From assembly GCA_025999395.1 (NCBI GenBank), contig AP024682.1, positions 433,487 through 466,679 on the forward strand: 33,193 bases of DNA, in the 5' to 3' direction. The notes below the pieces were generated by a model that saw only the letters and a program-made list of their open reading frames with translations, was not told where the DNA came from and ran no database searches. The translations under genes were made by a program, and so were the position numbers. Shown here piece after piece: positions 29,249-33,193 of the stretch (the stretch's first letter is position 1; each line of letters starts with the position of its first letter). The DNA comes from Candidatus Parcubacteria bacterium. Its GTDB lineage: Bacteria; Patescibacteriota; Minisyncoccia; UBA6257; JAGOQP01.

Positions 29249-29308
29249 CTCATTTTAAAGAAATCAAAATATTGATTCCTTTAAAATGAGGAGGTGCTAG
29301 GCACCTCC
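29249..29308 (-). terminator. Two abutting hairpins downstream of the GC-rich gene
   Basis: GGAGGTGC-CTA-GCACCTCC followed by CTCATTTTAAAGGAATCAA-TATT-TTGATTTCTTTAAAATGAG. Confidence 0.6.
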
Positions 29309-29323
29309 GAAAAGGGTACTAAG

Positions 29324-29998
29324 CTAAGGAATAGTTGGACCTCCGCGAGGATATCCGCCTTTGTTTTTATCTCCGCCGCCAGAAGTGGCGGCAACGGAGA
29401 CGAGAATAACCGCTACTGGCGCTACCCACCAGTGGCGGGAAAACCAACTCTTAGTGGGAGGGGTCGGTGGCGGGACTGGTGGCGATGGCTTTTGTTCCGC
29501 CATCGCCCGCTTGACCGCCCTTTCAACATCGAGAGCGGTCACGGCGGGGCGCGCCGCTAGATCGTCAAGTTTTTGCTCAACGACTCCAAGGCGCATCTCA
29601 ATATTCTGGAGGAGCTTCATCTGCTCCTCCAAGATAACTGGAAGGCGATCCTCGTGGGCGATGACTCGCCCACGAGGACGCCAATCTGCGGGCGACAAGA
29701 TGTCGTTCCCGCAGATTAAAACCCACCGGGCCACACGGGTGTCGCGGTCCACGACGACCGCGACTCCGCGATTGAGGACGCAGGTGCTCTGGCCACCGCT
29801 ACCGGTGGCCATAACAACTTCTTGCTCGTCGTCGATAACAACGACGAGCTCGGCGCTCCAGTCAATCTCCCTCTGGGGATTGACTGGGTTAACAAGTAAG
29901 CGGCAGTGGTTGTCCGCCGCCACCGCCGGCTCCGCGTGCGCCACGGCTACAGCAACCGTGGCGATAATGAAAAAAACAAAAAAGTAAACCTTTTTCAT
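29324..29998 (-). CDS. GC-rich hypothetical exported/membrane-anchored protein
   Basis: AAGGAGG SD 5 nt before the ATG, signal peptide ending AHA, Cys-containing beta-rich domain, coiled coil, Pro-rich linker, C-terminal hydrophobic helix and Gly-rich tail. Confidence 0.8.
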   Translation of the reverse strand: MKKVYFFVFFIIATVAVAVAHAEPAVAADNHCRLLVNPVNPQREIDWSAELVVVIDDEQEVVMATGSGGQSTCVLNRGVAVVVDRDTRVARWVLICGNDILSPADWRPRGRVIAHEDRLPVILEEQMKLLQNIEMRLGVVEQKLDDLAARPAVTALDVERAVKRAMAEQKPSPPVPPPTPPTKSWFSRHWWVAPVAVILVSVAATSGGGDKNKGGYPRGGPTIP

Positions 29999-30117
29999 CT
30001 TCTCCTCCTTTCCCCCCGGTTTTAAGAAGGCCGGGGGACCTTCTTTTTATTTTTATAGAGCTAAATTTAGACTATAATAAAAATGCTATTATGTCAATAT
30101 ACTGGTTAAAAACAAAA

Positions 30118-30137
30118 AACCACTTTATTTAGTGGTT
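30118..30137 (-). terminator. Probable terminator after pcm
   Basis: Minus strand AACCACT-AAATAA-AGTGGTT followed by TTTTGTTTTT. Confidence 0.55.
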
Positions 30138-30160
30138 AACAAATCTATCAATCACTAAAG

Positions 30161-30841
30161 CTAATCACCTATTAAAGGCACAAAGGAAAATCCAAAGAAT
30201 TCTTTTTCTTCGAAATCTTTTTTATTAATCTTTTCTAAAACAACAATGCTATTTTTAATTGGAGCAACAATTTTTCCCCCAATTTTTAACTGCTCCTTCC
30301 ATTTTTGAGGAATTTCGTCAGAGGCAGCTGCGGCAATAATTTTATCGTAAGGAGCTTCTTTCTCCCACCCCCAGTAACCATTCGCCTCAACTATTTCCAC
30401 TATCCCCTTTTCAATAAAGTTATATTTAGAGACATTATCGATGGCAAATTTTACTAATTCCGGAATTCTTTCAAGAGCAACAACTTTTCCTTTTATTTCT
30501 GTAGATTCTTCATTCGAATCATCTTTTGTATCTTTTTCTTTAGATCGATTTACCATAAAAGCAATTAAAGCGGTTTGCCAACCAGAGCCAGCGCCAATTT
30601 CTAAAACTTTTTCCTTTTCCTTTAAATCCAAAAGTTCTAGCATAAAAGCTACTGTTAGCGGCTGAGAAATGGTTTGTCCAAAACCGATAGGAAGCGGTTG
30701 GTTTAAGTAGGCGTCTTTTTGATATTCAGGTAAAACAAAATTTTTTCTATCAATAGTCAAAAAAGCTTCAATAAGAAGAGGATTCTTTAAATAACCCAAA
30801 CTGATCAGTTCTTCTACCAATTCCTTATTAGAAGTAAACAT
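30161..30841 (-). CDS. pcm: Protein-L-isoaspartate O-methyltransferase
   Basis: AY.NQPLPIGFGQTISQP, VLEIGAGSGWQTA, APYDKIIAAAA, QLKIGGKIVAP, FSFVPLI. Confidence 0.96.
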   Translation of the reverse strand: MFTSNKELVEELISLGYLKNPLLIEAFLTIDRKNFVLPEYQKDAYLNQPLPIGFGQTISQPLTVAFMLELLDLKEKEKVLEIGAGSGWQTALIAFMVNRSKEKDTKDDSNEESTEIKGKVVALERIPELVKFAIDNVSKYNFIEKGIVEIVEANGYWGWEKEAPYDKIIAAAASDEIPQKWKEQLKIGGKIVAPIKNSIVVLEKINKKDFEEKEFFGFSFVPLIGD

Positions 30842-30943
30842 TAATTAAATGATACAAGGAAAGAAGAAAAATATCAAAAAATATTGACATAGGAAAGAAA
30901 ATAATTATAAGCTTTAAAATAGCACTCAAAAAAGGAGGGGGAA

Positions 30944-30973
30944 ATGCCGCCGCCACTCAATCTTTTGACTTAA
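30944..30973 (+). other. Putative 9-aa leader peptide MPPPLNLLT
   Basis: AAGGAGG SD upstream of ATG CCG CCG CCA CTC AAT CTT TTG ACT TAA, downstream of a TTGACA promoter-like element. Confidence 0.4.
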
Positions 30974-31039
30974 TCCAAAGATCTACCACTTTATTTAAAG
31001 TAAAAACAAAAAACTCAGAATCAAGAAAGGAGGGAGAAG

Positions 31040-31288
31040 ATGCTGTGCGTGTATATAGGAAATAACAAAAGAAAAGTCAAGAAGGAAGAAGTGGGAAGGA
31101 TTATATCAAGAACCATTTCAAGCTCAAAGTGGGGTCACTCTTCTCTCTCTTTTATAAAGGTAGAGGGAGGAGAAGAAAAAGAAATTATTCTTGCTCCAAG
31201 AGGAGCAAGAATAACAAACGAAGTTAAAAAACTCGTTGATGATGGAAAGACGGTTATTATTCTTCCATCATCAACCCACTTCAGTTAG
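31040..31288 (+). CDS. Hypothetical 82-aa protein
   Basis: Strong AAGGAGG SD, upstream promoter-like element and downstream terminator; no recognised motif. Confidence 0.65.
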   Translation: MLCVYIGNNKRKVKKEEVGRIISRTISSSKWGHSSLSFIKVEGGEEKEIILAPRGARITNEVKKLVDDGKTVIILPSSTHFS

Positions 31289-31298
31289 GTACCCCAAC

Positions 31299-31325
31299 AC
31301 CGCCGCGTTTGCGGCGGTTTTTTTT
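31299..31325 (+). terminator. Intrinsic terminator
   Basis: ACCGCCGC-GTTT-GCGGCGGT followed by a T-tract. Confidence 0.85.
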
Positions 31326-31376
31326 ATTTAAAATTTGCAATCCAAAGATATTTTTCCTAAAATAAAAAATAAAAAA

Positions 31377-31447
31377 GGGCCTGTCGGTTAATGGCAAACC
31401 ACCGGTCTCCAAAACCGGGACTGCAGGTTCGAGTCCTGCCGGGCCCG
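31377..31447 (+). tRNA. tRNA-Trp(CCA)
   Basis: GGGCCTG/CGGGCCC acceptor stem, CCGGT-CT-CCA-AA-ACCGG anticodon arm, GGTTCGAGTCC T-arm. Confidence 0.94.
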
Positions 31448-31497
31448 CAAAATTACTTGATTTAAAAATAAAGTTTCTGATAATCTTTATAAAGCAA

Positions 31498-31582
31498 GCG
31501 CAGGTGGCAGAGTGGTCAAATGCAACGGTCTGTAAAACCGTCGCCCTAAGTGGCTACGGGGGTTCGAATCCCTCCCTGCGCA
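31498..31582 (+). tRNA. tRNA-Tyr(GUA)
   Basis: GCGCAGG/CCTGCGC acceptor stem, ACGGT-CT-GTA-AA-ACCGT anticodon arm, long variable arm. Confidence 0.95.
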
Positions 31583-31589
31583 CAGAAAA

Positions 31590-31661
31590 GCCAGCGTAGC
31601 TCAGTGGTAGAGCAACGGTTTTGTAAACCGTAGGTCGTGGGTTCAAATCCCTCCGCTGGCT
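31590..31661 (+). tRNA. tRNA-Thr(UGU)
   Basis: GCCAGCG/CGCTGGC acceptor stem, ACGGT-TT-TGT-AA-ACCGT anticodon arm; one T-T mismatch in the T-stem. Confidence 0.93.
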
Positions 31662-31737
31662 CAAAAACTGAAAGACTAAAAATTAAAGAAACAAAACATT
31701 TGCCAAAGATTAAAAATTTTTGTTATCATTTAAGAAA

Positions 31738-31810
31738 GCCAATGTAGCTCAGCTGGTAGAGCAACTCCATGGTAAGGAGTAGGTCGGCGGTTCGAGTCCG
31801 CCCATTGGCT
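31738..31810 (+). tRNA. tRNA-Thr(GGU)
   Basis: GCCAATG/CATTGGC acceptor stem, ACTCC-AT-GGT-AA-GGAGT anticodon arm. Confidence 0.95.
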
Positions 31811-31840
31811 CAAGAAGATTATTTTTTATTTTTAAAAAAT

Positions 31841-32011
31841 ATGGCTAAATCAAAATATTCTGAGAACTTGGTAAGAATGAAATGTTCTCAATGTAAAAGA
31901 ATTAATTACTATACCCGTCGCAACAAAAAAACCTCAGAGAAAAAATTGGAATTAAATAAATACTGCAAGTGGTGCCGCGCTCATACTAAGCATATCGAAA
32001 CTAAAAGATAG
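31841..32011 (+). CDS. rpmG: 50S ribosomal protein L33 (zinc-binding type)
   Basis: CSQC...NYYT.RNKK...KLELNKYCKWC.AHT.H.E; ATG at 31841 (the listed upstream start lies inside a tRNA). Confidence 0.96.
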   Translation: MAKSKYSENLVRMKCSQCKRINYYTRRNKKTSEKKLELNKYCKWCRAHTKHIETKR

Positions 32012-32017
32012 AAAAAT

Positions 32018-32054
32018 AATAAAACCCCCTTTCTTTAAGAAAGGGGGTTTTATT
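32018..32054. terminator. Bidirectional intrinsic terminator
   Basis: AATAAAACCCCCTTTCTT-T-AAGAAAGGGGGTTTTATT between convergent genes. Confidence 0.85.
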
Positions 32055-32120
32055 TAAGAAAAGCAATTTAAAAAATCTTAATCATTCAAAAAAGTCAGTT
32101 ATCTCCTTTTCTTTTAGAGC

Positions 32121-32501
32121 TTATTTAGAATCTTTCTCGGTATCTTTGTTTTCCTCTTTCTTTTCTTTTTCTTCAGAATCAGAAGAGCTAATTTCTTTTA
32201 TCAAATTACCCTGATTAGCTTGGAAATTAGCTTTTTGACTTACTTTTTCCAATGATCGACTTACCCAATTATCTATTTTCATTACCCACAAACGAAGCTT
32301 TCTTAAAAACAAAGAAAGAAAAGAAAGAAATTCTTTATCTAAAACTTCAATCCAATGAAAGTAAAAAGGCTTTTTTCCTTTTTTTTCTGAAGAAGAAAGA
32401 GAAGACGCACTCTCCTCAATCAAAGGAAGTTTCTGAGAAAGAAGAAAAATCATTACTCCCAAACTTAGAAAAAAGACGAGTTGAGCAATAAAATAAAACA
32501 T
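32121..32501 (-). CDS. Hypothetical protein with N-terminal TM helix
   Basis: Hydrophobic N-terminus, amphipathic middle (LRKLRLWVMKIDN) and charged tail; downstream of tsf. Confidence 0.7.
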   Translation of the reverse strand: MFYFIAQLVFFLSLGVMIFLLSQKLPLIEESASSLSSSEKKGKKPFYFHWIEVLDKEFLSFLSLFLRKLRLWVMKIDNWVSRSLEKVSQKANFQANQGNLIKEISSSDSEEKEKKEENKDTEKDSK

Positions 32502-32545
32502 AAAAATTTATTAAACAAAGATTCTAAATCTTTGTTTATTATACT

Positions 32546-32998
32546 TTAAATTTCAAAGCGGCAAAACCTCTCAACTCTAATATTTTCTCCAGTTTTAGCA
32601 ATCACTTGATTTATTAAATCCGAAACTTTAAGAGACTCGTCTTTAATGTAGGGCTGAGAAAGAAGCTCCTCAACATTCTCTGGATTCATTGAGGCAATTT
32701 GCATTGCCAACTCCCGTGCCAGTTGACGAAAAACCTCATTTTTAGCAACAAAATCAGTCTCACAGCGCACCTCTACCAGAACTCCAATTCTTTCATTGTG
32801 AATATAAGAAGAAAGAACACCAGCTCCAGTTTTTCTTTCGGCTCTTTTTGTCGCCAAAACCGATCCTCTTTGAAAAATTATTTCCTTGGCTTTCTGAAAA
32901 TCTCCCTCTGCTTCTTCTAAAGCCTTTTTACACTCCATTACTCCCGCTCCTGTTTCTTCTCTTAATTTTGAAATGTCGCTTGTAGAAATAGAAGCCAT
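32546..32998 (-). CDS. tsf: Elongation factor Ts (short form, 150 aa)
   Basis: [50 protein letters not shown]. Confidence 0.96.
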   Translation of the reverse strand: MASISTSDISKLREETGAGVMECKKALEEAEGDFQKAKEIIFQRGSVLATKRAERKTGAGVLSSYIHNERIGVLVEVRCETDFVAKNEVFRQLARELAMQIASMNPENVEELLSQPYIKDESLKVSDLINQVIAKTGENIRVERFCRFEI

Positions 32999-33033
32999 AA
33001 TTTTAAAAAAGTTAAATTTAAATATTAAATACT

Positions 33034-33193
33034 TTAAGAGGAAATTTTTTCTATCAACTTACCAACAACCCACTCCAGCGATGGTTTTGAATGATCGTTG
33101 GCTGGAATAAAATAATCAAAATCATCAGGATTATCATCGTTGTCAATAATTCCCACTACCGTTATTCCTTTCTTTTTTGCTTCCTTAAGAGCG
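33034..33193 (-). CDS. rpsB: 30S ribosomal protein S2, C-terminal part
   Basis: [35 protein letters not shown]; upstream of tsf. Confidence 0.92.
   Translation of the reverse strand, partial: ALKEAKKKGITVVGIIDNDDNPDDFDYFIPANDHSKPSLEWVVGKLIEKISS

Noticed and set aside
29294-29987. Plus-strand ORFs of 208 aa and 88 aa
   Set aside because: Antisense shadows of a GC-rich gene; the minus-strand ORF has the SD, signal peptide and terminator.
30012-30037. CCCCCGG/CCGGGGG identity with the tRNA-Lys acceptor stem as a tRNA-derived att site
   Set aside because: Only 7-nt low-complexity arms match; no T-arm or other tRNA sequence is present.
29205-30101. 11-bp direct repeat ATGTCAATATA as a target-site duplication around the GC-rich gene
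   Set aside because: Both copies are the -35 region (TATTGACAT) of promoters and a third copy lies at 30881 on the other strand, so a shared promoter motif explains it. Not fully excluded without an empty-site genome.
30119-30997. 13-bp direct repeat ACCACTTTATTTA flanking pcm
   Set aside because: AT-rich, one copy is part of the pcm terminator, and 12 of the 13 bases recur at 23991; probably chance.
31377-31810. Prophage or island integrated at the tRNA cluster
   Set aside because: No integrase and no duplicated tRNA 3' end found in the window.
31769-31840. N-terminal extension of L33 in the ORF track
   Set aside because: The upstream ATG lies in the tRNA-Thr(GGU) anticodon loop; the L33 sequence begins at 31841.

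Overview
AT-rich bacterial chromosomal window read in translation table 11 (tRNA-Trp(CCA), TGA used as stop). Gene content and style suggest Patescibacteria/CPR, probably Parcubacteria (inference): AT-rich leaders without Shine-Dalgarno sites, short EF-Ts, a PaaX/Cas2-like regulator and a Fn3-repeat surface protein. In order it holds the start of a surface-polysaccharide operon (methyltransferase, GT2, two GT4), rlmD, a dCMP deaminase plus P-loop kinase, a chaperone operon (PaaX/Cas2-like gene, grpE, dnaK, membrane protein, dnaJ; no hrcA), corA-cysS-dnaB-recR, rplU, a reduced dcw cluster (mraZ-rsmH-ftsL-ftsI-membrane protein-murF), rplJ-rplL with an L10 leader, a 1204-aa surface protein with 7 Fn3-like repeats, pcm, rpmG, tsf, the 3' end of rpsB, and 7 tRNAs. 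About ten +1 frameshifts between 2.9 and 6.95 kb look like sequencing errors. Best leads: (1) two unrelated orphan genes flanking pcm share a promoter-SD-ORF-GTACCC-hairpin layout, one being about 60% GC with a pseudoknot/anti-SD leader and the other having an MPPP leader peptide; (2) a wHTH/Cas2-fold gene with a nested palindrome heads the grpE-dnaK-dnaJ operon; (3) perfect DnaA boxes overlap the MraZ boxes upstream of the dcw cluster. No CRISPR array, transposase, integrase or reverse transcriptase was seen. All calls are by eye; no database searches were run.
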